Under the pieces are notes generated by a model. It had not been told where the DNA came from. It did no database searches and saw nothing but the letters and a program-made list of their open reading frames with translations. A stretch of 61,914 bases of DNA, counting the filler. It is 7 parts of 7 records of this genome, joined end to end, with 100 filler letters (N's around TTAATTAATTAA, not from the genome) between each part and the next. Parts side by side here need not be neighbours in the genome. Positions count along the whole stretch, not along the records: positions 20,661 to 27,142 come from SRR31147125_55588; positions 27,243 to 34,748 come from SRR31147125_55605; 5 more parts are not named here. One strand, written 5' to 3'. The position numbers were made by a program, and so were the translations under genes. Shown here in pieces: positions 20,662 to 31,038 of the stretch; within the stretch, counting starts at the first letter, position 1; each line of letters starts with the position of its first letter.

Positions 20662-21414
20662 GAGTCATTTGAAGAAATAATTGGAGTAGACAATTATATT
20701 GTTGTAATAACTGAACGGGGCAATTTGCCTATATTCATATGCATATTTGCTAACTCTAGCAAAAGAATGTGTGAGCTGTTGATAGAAATAATGAAGAAAA
20801 ATACTTCTTTAATCAAATATTTAATTAAAAAGACAGAGGAAAATATTAAGTTAATTAATTACTGTGGACAATCACTATATACAATTAGAATTAAATATTA
20901 TGAGCAAATAAATTTTCTGGAGAATGAAATAGGTGCTAGTGGATATTTGAATATTGTTAAAGATAATTGTACATTACAGGGATTAGGCTCAATAATATCT
21001 GGTTCAACAATAAAGATGGCACATGAGATTCTTTTACGTATAAATCCAATCATAATGGATAATTGTACGAAAAATCAAATTGAGGATGATGAACAAACAA
21101 ATAAATACTATAAAACTCTAAATTATTTACGCTATAAGGGATTACTAGAGAAATTTGAAAATCTTATAGGTATAGATAGATATTTAAAATTCTTTCAGTC
21201 TCCTAACTTGTCCGATGCAGCAAAGTGCTGTATATTGGCTAGCTCAAGTTTATCAAGGGAGTTAACAAAAGTAGTAATAATTGATACGACAAAGAACTTT
21301 AAAAAAGATAAGAAGAGCAAGAGAGAATACGCTGATATAATTAAGAAAGCGCAAATATATGGGAATTTGGAATTTCTACCTCAATTATTTATTGATGCAT
21401 ATAAAAATAATTGA
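20662..21414 (+). CDS. Hypothetical helical-repeat protein (5' truncated)
   Basis: Frame open from the contig edge; three ExxIGxxxY motifs about 80 aa apart. Confidence 0.6.
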   Translation, partial: ESFEEIIGVDNYIVVITERGNLPIFICIFANSSKRMCELLIEIMKKNTSLIKYLIKKTEENIKLINYCGQSLYTIRIKYYEQINFLENEIGASGYLNIVKDNCTLQGLGSIISGSTIKMAHEILLRINPIIMDNCTKNQIEDDEQTNKYYKTLNYLRYKGLLEKFENLIGIDRYLKFFQSPNLSDAAKCCILASSSLSRELTKVVIIDTTKNFKKDKKSKREYADIIKKAQIYGNLEFLPQLFIDAYKNN

Positions 21415-21551
21415 AAAGGTTTTCAAGCTGAGAAAGATGGTATTGATTTAAGTGTAATATAACAGTGGAATAAGCAGATGCTTGCATTGTTTAGTTTTGT
21501 GGTTAAATGTGGTAATATATACATATAATAAGATGTTTTTGGAGGAATGTT

Positions 21552-24500
21552 ATGTTAAGTCAATTTCTATATCAATACCCAGTGTCAAAAACCATTAGAT
21601 TCTCACTAATTCCTGTAGGAAAGACCCAAGAGTATCTCGAACCATTTATTAAAGATATTCAGTCGCAGTCAATTCTAAGTAAAGATGTTGAGCGGTTCAA
21701 TAGTTATATGAAGTTTAAAAGAATTTTAGATGATTACTACAGAGACTTTATTGAAATTGTGCTCCAAAATAATATTGTCAAGGAAAGTGACTTGCTAGAC
21801 GCATATAACAAAAGAATGGATGATAATGAGTATGATAAAATTACTAAAAGCCTAAGAGAGTCAATATCCAAAAACTTTAATTTGGAAATGAAAAACTATG
21901 GATTAGATAAATATAGCACTCTGCTCAAATCGAAAAAAGGTTCAAAAAGCCAGTTTGAATATTGGTTAGAGCATAAAAAAGAAGTCGGAGATTATTCAAT
22001 TGAGCAATTTGAAGAAGCAAATAAGTTGACAGAGCTTTACTCCAATTTCTTGACATATTTTGCTGGATTTAAAGAGAATAGGAATAACCTTTTTGTAGCT
22101 GACGATAAACATACATCAATTGCAAATAGAATTATAAATGAGAATATGTCTCGCTATTTTGACAATGTACAAAACTATAATTATATTAAAATGAAATATC
22201 CCGAGCTGCACAAAAAAATTGAGACATACAACCAATTTTTCTTGCCAGAAAGATATGGAGCGTTCTTTAGTCAAAAAGGAATAGACGATTATAATGTAGC
22301 TATAGGGCACAAGTCAGAAGGAATGTATGAAAAAGGAATTAATCAATTAATTAATGAGTATAAACAAAAGAATAAAGCTAAAATTCCTAGCATGAAAACT
22401 CTCTATAAGCAACACCTGTCCTTAAATAATCAAGTTTACATTGAGACAATAGAAAACAATAAACAGCTGCTGGAAATGATAAAAGAAGCGGATGATTTTA
22501 TAAACTGGGATGATATTGGCAGAAGAATATGTACCATTTTTAAAGAGCATTTGATAAGTGATTATACTAATATTATTTATATAAAAAATCAAAACATAAA
22601 TAATCTTTCCAAAGAGCTATACGATGACTGGGGTATTATTGCAAAGTGTTTAAATGACCATGCAGAAGCAAAAATCTCTAATAAGAGTAAAAGAGAACAT
22701 TTTCTAAAAAAACCTGTATACTCTATTAACGAATTACAAAGCATTTTGGATGAACAATTAAACGATAGTGAATTAAACAACAAAACTATAGCAAACTACT
22801 ATTCAGAATATGATTTTATGAGTATGGTAGAGTTAGTATCAAAAAGCTCAAAAAAAGTTAAAAGTCTTAATGAAGACAGCAACAAAAAGGAACTCACATC
22901 AGCAATTAAAGAGTATCTAGATGCAATTAAAAAGCTTCAGTACACAATAAAAGTATTCATATTGGAACATAACGGCAAAAAGATATCCATTAAGGAAAAG
23001 AATGATGTCTTTTATGGTGAATTAGAAAATATATATCATCAACTTGATATGTTTACACCAATATACAACAAGGCTCGTAATTTCCTAACGAAGAAACCAT
23101 ATTCAACTGAAAAAATGAAAATAATGTTCAACAATGTCACGTTGCTTTCCGGATGGGATAAGAATAAAGAAAAAGATAGTTTGTGTCTGCTATTGAGAAA
23201 AGATAACTATTATTATTTGGGTATAATGGCAAAAGAGCATAGAAATATATTTGACGAGACCAGAGTTGATATTCCAAAACTTTCGGAAAGCGAAGCATAT
23301 TATGAAAAAATGGAATATAAACAAATAAGCGGTGCAAGTAAAATGCTGCCTAAAGTATTTTTTGCAGCAAGTAACAGAAAGATATATCAACCAAGTGATA
23401 GAATAATGCAAATTAGAGAGCAAGGACTACAAAAAAAAGAAGCAAATGATAGACAAGCACTAAATGAATGGATTGACTTCTGTAAAGATTGTATTGCTAA
23501 GCATCCCGAGTGGAATGATTACTTTACTTTTTCATTTAAGACTACAGAAGATTATATTAATTTAAGCGATTTTTACAAGGATGTTGACAATTGTACCTAT
23601 TCACTAAGATTTAAGAAAATAAGCGAAAAATATATAGATGAAAAAGTTACAGCAGGTGAAATGTATTTATTCAAAATATATAATAAAGATTTTTCACCGC
23701 ACAGCAAAGGTAGACCCAACCTGCATACGATGTATTGGAGAGCGTTATTTTCAGAAGAGAACCTTAATAATATCAAAGACCCTGCAAAACCAATAATTGC
23801 GTTAAATGGTGGTGCAGAAATTTTCTATCGTCCAAAATCACTTACTAGGAAAGTTACCCATGAAAAAGGAGTTGCAATAAATAATAAAAACTCTCATAAC
23901 CCTAAAAGGGAAAGTGTTTTTGATTATGACCTCATTAAGGATAAGCGCTATACAGAGCACAAATTTTTATTCCATTGTCCGATAACACTTAATTATAGAG
24001 CAGATATAACAAGAAGATTTAATGAAAAAGTTAATTCTATACTGGAAGGAAATAAGGATATAAGAATCATCGGTATAGATAGAGGTGAGAGACATCTATT
24101 GTACTATTCTTTAATTGATTACGAAGGAAATATACTTGAACAAGGAAGTTTAAATGAATTAGTATCACAATATAACTCAAGTGGAAAAACAATAAATATA
24201 AAGACTGACTACCACTCATTGCTTAATAAGAGAGAGAAAGAAAGAGCTAAGAGCCGTGAAAATTGGGGAGTTATAGAAAACATCAAAGAGCTAAAAAGCG
24301 GATACTTGTCTCAGGTAGTACATGCTTTGGTGAAAATGATAATAGAAAATAATGCAATAGTTGTAATGGAAAATCTCAACATTCAGTTTAAACGTCTTCG
24401 CTTTGGCGTTGAGAAACAAGTGTATCAAAAATTTGAAAAGGCATTAATAGATAAACTAAATTACTTAGCCTTTAAGGATAGAGAAATTGGACAAGAAGGC

Positions 24501-25223
24501 AGTGTGCTGAACGCTTACCAGTTGACAGAGAAATTTACAAGCTTTAAGAAAATGGGAGCTCAAACAGGCATTATATACTATGTACCTGCATCATATACTT
24601 CAAAAATCTGTCCCAAAACAGGCTTTGTAAATCTACTGTATCCTAAATACATCAATCTGAAGAAAGCGCAGAATTTTTGGAGTGCATTCGATAAAGTATG
24701 CTACAACAAGACGGAGAATTATTTTGAATTTTCTTTTGATTATACGAAATTTACAGATAAATCAGGTAAAAAAACCAAATGGACTGCATGCAGCTACGGT
24801 GAAAAAAGATATTATTACAATAATAAAACTAAAGAAACTAACTGTTATAATGTCACAGAGTTGTTGAAGTCTCTATTTGAAAGTTACAGCATTGATTGGT
24901 ATAGCGGAAACTGTTTGAAAAAGAACATTGTTAGTTGTAATGAGGTAGGTTTTCACAAGTCATTGATGTTTTATTTGAAATTAATACTGACATTGCGGCA
25001 TACTAATTCTAACACGAATGAGGATTTGATAATCTCACCAATAAAGTCAGAGGATGGCACCTTCTTTCATTCTGATAAGGCAGGAGATGATATGCCTATT
25101 GATTCTGATGCTAATGGTGCGTATCATATTGCAAGAAAAGGTTTGTTAATGATTAATAGAATTAAGGATGGCAGAGTAAATAAAATGCCAACAGCTAAAG
25201 ACTGGTTTGACTATGTACAGTAA
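21552..25223 (+). CDS. cas12a: Type V-A CRISPR effector Cas12a (Cpf1), 1223 aa
   Basis: YPVSKTIRFSLIPVG start, GWDKNKE, KMLPKVFF, PNLHTMYW, RuvC IGIDRGERHL / VVMENLN / DSDANGAYHIA. Confidence 0.97.
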   Translation: MLSQFLYQYPVSKTIRFSLIPVGKTQEYLEPFIKDIQSQSILSKDVERFNSYMKFKRILDDYYRDFIEIVLQNNIVKESDLLDAYNKRMDDNEYDKITKSLRESISKNFNLEMKNYGLDKYSTLLKSKKGSKSQFEYWLEHKKEVGDYSIEQFEEANKLTELYSNFLTYFAGFKENRNNLFVADDKHTSIANRIINENMSRYFDNVQNYNYIKMKYPELHKKIETYNQFFLPERYGAFFSQKGIDDYNVAIGHKSEGMYEKGINQLINEYKQKNKAKIPSMKTLYKQHLSLNNQVYIETIENNKQLLEMIKEADDFINWDDIGRRICTIFKEHLISDYTNIIYIKNQNINNLSKELYDDWGIIAKCLNDHAEAKISNKSKREHFLKKPVYSINELQSILDEQLNDSELNNKTIANYYSEYDFMSMVELVSKSSKKVKSLNEDSNKKELTSAIKEYLDAIKKLQYTIKVFILEHNGKKISIKEKNDVFYGELENIYHQLDMFTPIYNKARNFLTKKPYSTEKMKIMFNNVTLLSGWDKNKEKDSLCLLLRKDNYYYLGIMAKEHRNIFDETRVDIPKLSESEAYYEKMEYKQISGASKMLPKVFFAASNRKIYQPSDRIMQIREQGLQKKEANDRQALNEWIDFCKDCIAKHPEWNDYFTFSFKTTEDYINLSDFYKDVDNCTYSLRFKKISEKYIDEKVTAGEMYLFKIYNKDFSPHSKGRPNLHTMYWRALFSEENLNNIKDPAKPIIALNGGAEIFYRPKSLTRKVTHEKGVAINNKNSHNPKRESVFDYDLIKDKRYTEHKFLFHCPITLNYRADITRRFNEKVNSILEGNKDIRIIGIDRGERHLLYYSLIDYEGNILEQGSLNELVSQYNSSGKTINIKTDYHSLLNKREKERAKSRENWGVIENIKELKSGYLSQVVHALVKMIIENNAIVVMENLNIQFKRLRFGVEKQVYQKFEKALIDKLNYLAFKDREIGQEGSVLNAYQLTEKFTSFKKMGAQTGIIYYVPASYTSKICPKTGFVNLLYPKYINLKKAQNFWSAFDKVCYNKTENYFEFSFDYTKFTDKSGKKTKWTACSYGEKRYYYNNKTKETNCYNVTELLKSLFESYSIDWYSGNCLKKNIVSCNEVGFHKSLMFYLKLILTLRHTNSNTNEDLIISPIKSEDGTFFHSDKAGDDMPIDSDANGAYHIARKGLLMINRIKDGRVNKMPTAKDWFDYVQ

Positions 25224-25228
25224 TTATT

Positions 25229-25786
25229 ATGGAACCTTACATTAAAATTACACAGTTAAACGATTTTATATTCTGTCCGCTGTCCATATACTTCCATAGT
25301 CTATATGGGCAAGCAGCTCCTGCTCTATATGAAGTCAAAGCTCAAATTAATGGCAAGCATGCACATGATGCTGTCGAGAAACGTAGATATTCAACAAGCA
25401 AAAGAATATTACAAGGGACAGAAGTGTTTTCGCAAAAATATAATCTATGCGGTAAAATTGATATTTTTGATATAGAAAACGCAATACTAACAGAGCGGAA
25501 GAAGCATATCAATAAAATTTATGATGGATATGTTTTTCAGTTATATGCACAATATTTCTGCCTTAATGAAATGGGATATAAGGTAGAGAAGTTGAGATTA
25601 TATAGTTATGACGACAATAAAATATTTAGTGTGGAAAACCCTAAAAATAATAAAGAAATGTTTAATAAATTCAATAGAGTAATAAATGAAATAAATAAAT
25701 TCAGTACCAACGATTATGTTCCTCAGAATAAAGAAAAGTGCAGGAACTGTATATACGAACCAATGTGTGATAGGTCAATATTATGA
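25229..25786 (+). CDS. cas4: CRISPR-associated Cas4
   Basis: FIFCP, GKID, ERKK, QLYAQ and CxxCxxxxxC Fe-S motif. Confidence 0.93.
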   Translation: MEPYIKITQLNDFIFCPLSIYFHSLYGQAAPALYEVKAQINGKHAHDAVEKRRYSTSKRILQGTEVFSQKYNLCGKIDIFDIENAILTERKKHINKIYDGYVFQLYAQYFCLNEMGYKVEKLRLYSYDDNKIFSVENPKNNKEMFNKFNRVINEINKFSTNDYVPQNKEKCRNCIYEPMCDRSIL

Positions 25787-26754
25787 TGAGTTTACCAGAA
25801 TTTAAAGAAAAGCAAATTTTATTCGTGTTCTTAAGTAGCGGTGAAAAGATATCATTTAAGAATGATAATATCGTTGTAAAGGATGCCGATGGCAAAATAC
25901 GTCATCAATCTACTTGTTACAGGTTGTTTACCCTAATAATTGTAGGGCATTTGACATTAACTAGTGGGTTAATTCAAAGAGCCAAAAATTTTAAATTTTC
26001 TATTGTGCTAATGACTTATTCATTGAGAGTATATGAAACCATATGCAATGGTTGCGAAGGCAACACATTGCTAAGAAGTAAACAATATCATTATAATGAA
26101 TTGAATATTGCACGGAGAATAGTTAAAAACAAAATAAGTGTTCAACAGCAAACACTCAAGAAGATTCGAAAGAAGTCCCCAAATATAACTAATGCGATAT
26201 CCAGACTTGAAGAGCTGAAAAACAAGATTGACGATAACATCGACTTATATTATTTACTCGGAATAGAAGGTAATGCAGCTAAAATATATTTTAGTTCATT
26301 ATATGAGAACCATAATTGGACTGCTAGAAGACCTAGAGTAAAACATGATATTATAAACTGTCTGTTGGATATCGGATATACAATATTATTTAATTTTGTA
26401 GAAGCTTTATTAAATTTATATGGATTTGATATATATTTCGGTGTATTGCATAAACAATTCTATAAACGAAAATCTCTAGTATGTGATATAGTAGAGCCCT
26501 TTAGACCACTAATAGATATAAAAATAAGAAAAATGTTAAATCTAGGACAAATAAATATATCCGACTTTTCCAGACAAAATAATAGGTATAATCTTGCTTG
26601 GAAAAGCTCATCATACTATATCAAAAATTTAATTGAACCAATACTTGAATATAAGGCTGACATTTTTAAGTACATACAATCATATTATCGCTCCTTTATG
26701 AAAAGCAAAGAAATAGAAAACTATCCTTTTTTTGTTATAGGTGGTGATGATTAA
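25783..26754 (+). CDS. cas1: CRISPR-associated Cas1
   Basis: LLGIEGNAAKIYF, GVLH, SLVCDIVEPFRP. Confidence 0.95.
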   Translation: MMSLPEFKEKQILFVFLSSGEKISFKNDNIVVKDADGKIRHQSTCYRLFTLIIVGHLTLTSGLIQRAKNFKFSIVLMTYSLRVYETICNGCEGNTLLRSKQYHYNELNIARRIVKNKISVQQQTLKKIRKKSPNITNAISRLEELKNKIDDNIDLYYLLGIEGNAAKIYFSSLYENHNWTARRPRVKHDIINCLLDIGYTILFNFVEALLNLYGFDIYFGVLHKQFYKRKSLVCDIVEPFRPLIDIKIRKMLNLGQINISDFSRQNNRYNLAWKSSSYYIKNLIEPILEYKADIFKYIQSYYRSFMKSKEIENYPFFVIGGDD

Positions 26755-27026
26755 TGATTCTTATTTGTTATGATATTCAAGATGACAAACTACGGACTAA
26801 GTTAGCAAAATTTTTGTTGAAATTTGGTATTAGACTTCAGTACTCTGTATTCCAAATTCGAAATAGTGACAGATTACTCTCTAATATAGAATGTCAAATA
26901 AAAAATAAGTACGAAAAAGAATTCACTCAAGGAGATAGCATAATTATATTTAATTTGAGTAAGCAATGCAAGATTACAAGATATGGGTATGCAAAGAATG
27001 ATGAAGATGATATAATTATTGTATAA
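26754..27026 (+). CDS. cas2: CRISPR-associated Cas2
   Basis: LICYDIQDDKLR, RLQYSVF; start overlaps the cas1 stop. Confidence 0.95.
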   Translation: MILICYDIQDDKLRTKLAKFLLKFGIRLQYSVFQIRNSDRLLSNIECQIKNKYEKEFTQGDSIIIFNLSKQCKITRYGYAKNDEDDIIIV

Positions 27027-27142
27027 GGAATGCAAACCATAGGTCTTAATGCTAATATGAGTAAAAAAATGTACATATATTTAATCAAATATACCAGATA
27101 TAGCTCACTTATAACTACATCTTGTAATAAAAAGCAGTAAAC
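27027..27142 (+). promoter_or_regulatory. Probable CRISPR leader (array absent, contig ends)
   Basis: AT-rich non-coding stretch after cas2; assigned by position only. Confidence 0.4.
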
Positions 27143-27242
27143 NNNNNNNNNNNNNNNNNNNNNNNNNNNNNNNNNNNNNNNNNNNNTTAATTAATTAANN
27201 NNNNNNNNNNNNNNNNNNNNNNNNNNNNNNNNNNNNNNNNNN
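27143..27242. other. Artificial contig spacer
   Basis: N-TTAATTAATTAA-N. Confidence 0.97.
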
Positions 27243-27814
27243 AAAATTTCAGAAATACCCTGAATCAATGCTTCTTCTTTGGTGTTGCCACTACACATGC
27301 CATTACTACCAACTATTACCTGCAGAATACGAAAAGGGAGATATTCTTCTTTGTTTTCAAAGATGTTAAAAAAAGGAACTCCAATAAACGAACAGTTATT
27401 CAGGCAATTTATGTCAGTTATTAATTCTATAAAATTGTTACTAAAATCATTCTTTTTATAATGAATTAATTTTTCGTCAGGATAATATTTGTAACTATTT
27501 GAGTTAGAACCTCCAACTTCAGGACATGATGGATAAAGGGAGATGATAAAATAAGCCAAGTTCTGAAACCTTTCTGCCATTTCTCCCCATGCACTTGCAT
27601 GCGCCCACTCCTTGGAATTCCCTTTCCCATTTGTAGAAAATATTGGCTTATTATTTTCGGGATTTATTAGCTGCAAACTATACGAATAAAATGAAGAGCT
27701 TTGTGGAATCGGAATCTCTTCATATAAAAATCCCAGTTGTTCAAAAATTGCCCTTATTTTATTAACCGTTAATTTTGGGAGAATAGCCTTATATGGTTTT
27801 GTTCGTTTAAGCAC
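27243..27814 (-). CDS. YcaO-family protein (3' truncated)
   Basis: TNGKG...ASAWGEMAER and SNGMCSGNTKEEALIQGISEI ATP-binding motifs. Confidence 0.88.
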
Positions 27815-27832
27815 ACAATTAATTTATTGATT

Positions 27833-29493
27833 TTATTCTGGCATCCTCCAGAATTTTAACTTATGGTCCATGGCTCCCGTTATAAAATAGGAAGCATCTT
27901 CGGAGATACTAATTGAAGTAATTGCTGAATCATGAGCTGAAATTGATTTTATGACTTTAAAAGTTTTTGAATCCCAAATTTTAACTATTCCATCAAAATC
28001 TCCTGAAATAAAATACCTGTTGTTGAGCGATGGTTCCAGTATCGTAACCATATTTTTATGCTTACTTAAAGCCGAAAAAGCCTTGCCTGTTTGCTCGCTC
28101 CACCTGTAAATATTATTCGATTTCGACAAGGCCAATATATACTTATTGTTATAAGACAAACAAATGTCTGTAATAGGAGTTTTAGTGTTTATCGTTTTTA
28201 TACATTGTTTATTTTCAATATCCCATTTTTTTATGGAATTATCCCAGCTACCTGTATATATGGTGCTATATTTAGTATTTATTGCAATGGAAGTTATTGC
28301 TGCTTTGTGCCCAACAAAAGATGATTCTTCTAAATTTTGAGTAAGTAGTACCTTCTCATCCCACCCAGCTGATACTAGGTATTGTTCCTGACAAATAAAA
28401 TCAGTTACTGGGGACAAATGTAGGTGAATATCTCTTTTTGTACCATTATTAAAAATTTGTTTTTGGGTAATACAATCGTCATTACTATAATAAAGGTATT
28501 TATTATTGCATTGAATCTGGTTACAAGATGATTCACATTGCCCAATTATTATTGAATTGTCCGATATAATCCCTGTCAAATGCAGTTGGAAATCATCATC
28601 TATTGAAAATACGCAGAAGTCCTTTATCAACAAACCACTAACGGGTAGAGCTTCTGAAATTAAGTAGCCATCTCTTAAATTTGCTAATTTATTATATAAC
28701 TGCTCTTTTACTCTATTAGCCTTGTTTTTATCATCGCTCAATTTGTATAACAAGAATGCAAAATCATAGGTCGAATTTTGAACAAATTTATCTGCTAATA
28801 AACGATATGCGCCCCCCTCGTTATTTATTGCCTTACAATAAAATTCAAATGCTTTATCATAATTTTCTTTTCCAAAAAGTATTTCAGCAATTTTAATACC
28901 TCCTTCTTCTTTTTTATTAATAAGAGAATAATAGTTAAACGCTTCTTCGTAATCTTCTTTTTTACAAAGTATTTCAGCAATTTTAATACCCCCTTTTTCT
29001 TCTTTGTTAACGAGGGAATAATAAACAAATGCTTCTTTGTAATCTTCGTGTTCAAAAAGTATTTCAGCTATCCTCATTGCGCCAATAAATCGTTTATCGG
29101 ATTTTGAGAAATATTCAAATGCTTCTTCATACTCGTCTTCTTCTATCAAAGCCTCAGCAATTTTAACACCTCCTTCTTCCTTAAAGTTGGCTTCTGTATA
29201 ATACATAAAAGCTTTTTCAAATTCTTCCTCCTTAAACAAAGCCTCTGCAATCTTCTTGCAGCCTTCTGTATAATTGTCAGTATTTTTATACATTTCACCG
29301 GCTTTGTCATATTCAGCGTTATTAAAAAATGCTTCCGCCAGGCAGCTATAACAATATGGTTTGTCGTGCTTTTGTTTCTTGCAAAGTTTTCTCCTGCTGT
29401 AAGTTCATTTTTTAATATCAATTTTTCAACTGTTGTACAAGAACTAATTGCAACTGACAGAACAAATAAAATAAACCAATGTATATTTTTCAT
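27833..29493 (-). CDS. Lipoprotein with 29-aa TPR-like repeats and WD40 propeller (frameshift near 29388)
   Basis: Lipobox ISSC; repeats GGIKIAEILFxxEDYEEAF; GH...WD repeats; one extra A joins ORFs 29146-29493 and 27833-29293. Confidence 0.8.
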
Positions 29494-29643
29494 TTTGATA
29501 TTATTAAATAGGTTAATATTATAAATATTTTGGACTTACTTAAATGAGCTTAAATTCGTTAAACTCAATTTTTCTTTATATTTTTTAGTTAAATTCTTGT
29601 AAGTTTATATTGTTCTATTATTCTTGATTCATCGAAGTTTTAA

Positions 29644-31038
29644 TCAAACCAAATCTATTAATCTGTCCGAGCTTTGGCTTGCTATTATTTGCAAATTATT
29701 TATATCATTTAGCAAATCAATATCCCTATTTTCTATTTCCAAATCATCTAATAACGAAAATAGAGAGATAAGCCTTGTTTGTTTACAAAAAGCGTCGTAG
29801 CTAAGCGAACTTCCCGGGAAAGAGGTACCAACATGGCATCCGCCTGAACACGACCATTTACAGAAACACTTCTCGCAACGAGGCTTGTCTTCCACGATAT
29901 TCCTTATCCGTTCAATATTTTTGTGGTTCAAAATCACTCCATCTGTTGTATTTATCATGCCAAATTCAAGATCTAAGCCAACTTCCTGCCACTTTTCCTG
30001 TAAAAGGTAACAGTTGGATATTCTTCCATCGGGTGAAACAATCGCCGTATCTTTACCAACCGGACAAGAAGTAACCTGTGGACTTGCTGAAATATCGGAA
30101 GCATATACTATTTCAATACCATAACTACGGGCTATTTTTCTTGATTTTTGAAATTGAACAGCAAATTCAATTGGATTAGGAGCAAACAGACCATTTCTTT
30201 TTGTAATCTCCGACTCGCTCAATATTTCAAAATTTAAAACAGATAATCTGAAATTCTGGCAAAACCAATGGGTGAGTTCTTTCATTCTCCCAATATTTAA
30301 TTGACTAACGCAACATCTAATACACAACTCTGCATTTGATTCTCCAATAATTTTTGCAGTTCTGAAAACATTATCAAAACTGCTTTTCCCGCCTTTTAGT
30401 GGGCGATGCGTATCTTGTATATCACGGAATCCGTCGAAAGAAAGTATCACCTTATTAAAATAATAGCCCAGCCACTTTGCTCGGTTTTCGATGTATTGCC
30501 CATTGGTTGAGATTTCGAAATATGGAAACAACTTGTGTTTTGTCGCGATTAGTCGTGCTCTGTGTACTGCAACCTCAATTAGATCGAAAGCAACCATGGG
30601 CTCACCGCCAAAAAAGTGTATTTCTAATATTTCTCGTTTTTGTTCAAGCATAAGTTTTGAGTACCAATTAACTGTTTCAATTGCCAAATCATATGTCATG
30701 GTAACGTTCTCAAATCTACCTGCACCAAAATCGCAATAATTACAAGCGCCGTTGCAGCCTCTTGTGGGTAGCAGTCCTAAAAATTCGGGATTAAAGGGTC
30801 CGGTTTTTCTCAATATTATATCTGTAGGTGTTTGGATAATTTCTTTTGCCAGTTCAGCTAATTGCGAACCGGGTGTAGACTTCCCCTTCTCAGCTAGTTT
30901 TATTTGTTTTTTAAGTTCAACCGCTCCTGAATAATTAAGCAAAGCAGACATTTCATTTAAAGGAGAGTAAACCAGTAAATCATCGTTTACAGGCAAACAA
31001 AATATATTTTCAATACTGTTTTTATTTGAGGTCTTCAT
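29644..31038 (-). CDS. Radical SAM/SPASM peptide-maturase-like enzyme B
   Basis: CNGACNYC, FFGGEP, SPASM CPVG...NC...CEKCFCKWSCSGGC; TAATG-coupled to the upstream rSAM. Confidence 0.9.
   Translation of the reverse strand: MKTSNKNSIENIFCLPVNDDLLVYSPLNEMSALLNYSGAVELKKQIKLAEKGKSTPGSQLAELAKEIIQTPTDIILRKTGPFNPEFLGLLPTRGCNGACNYCDFGAGRFENVTMTYDLAIETVNWYSKLMLEQKREILEIHFFGGEPMVAFDLIEVAVHRARLIATKHKLFPYFEISTNGQYIENRAKWLGYYFNKVILSFDGFRDIQDTHRPLKGGKSSFDNVFRTAKIIGESNAELCIRCCVSQLNIGRMKELTHWFCQNFRLSVLNFEILSESEITKRNGLFAPNPIEFAVQFQKSRKIARSYGIEIVYASDISASPQVTSCPVGKDTAIVSPDGRISNCYLLQEKWQEVGLDLEFGMINTTDGVILNHKNIERIRNIVEDKPRCEKCFCKWSCSGGCHVGTSFPGSSLSYDAFCKQTRLISLFSLLDDLEIENRDIDLLNDINNLQIIASQSSDRLIDLV

Noticed and set aside
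21371-21390. AATTTCTAC resembling a Cas12a repeat handle
   Set aside because: Lacks the complementary GTAGAT, is single copy and lies within a coding frame
26754-27814. Functional link between the CRISPR locus and the YcaO/rSAM cluster
   Set aside because: Separated by an artificial spacer; different contigs
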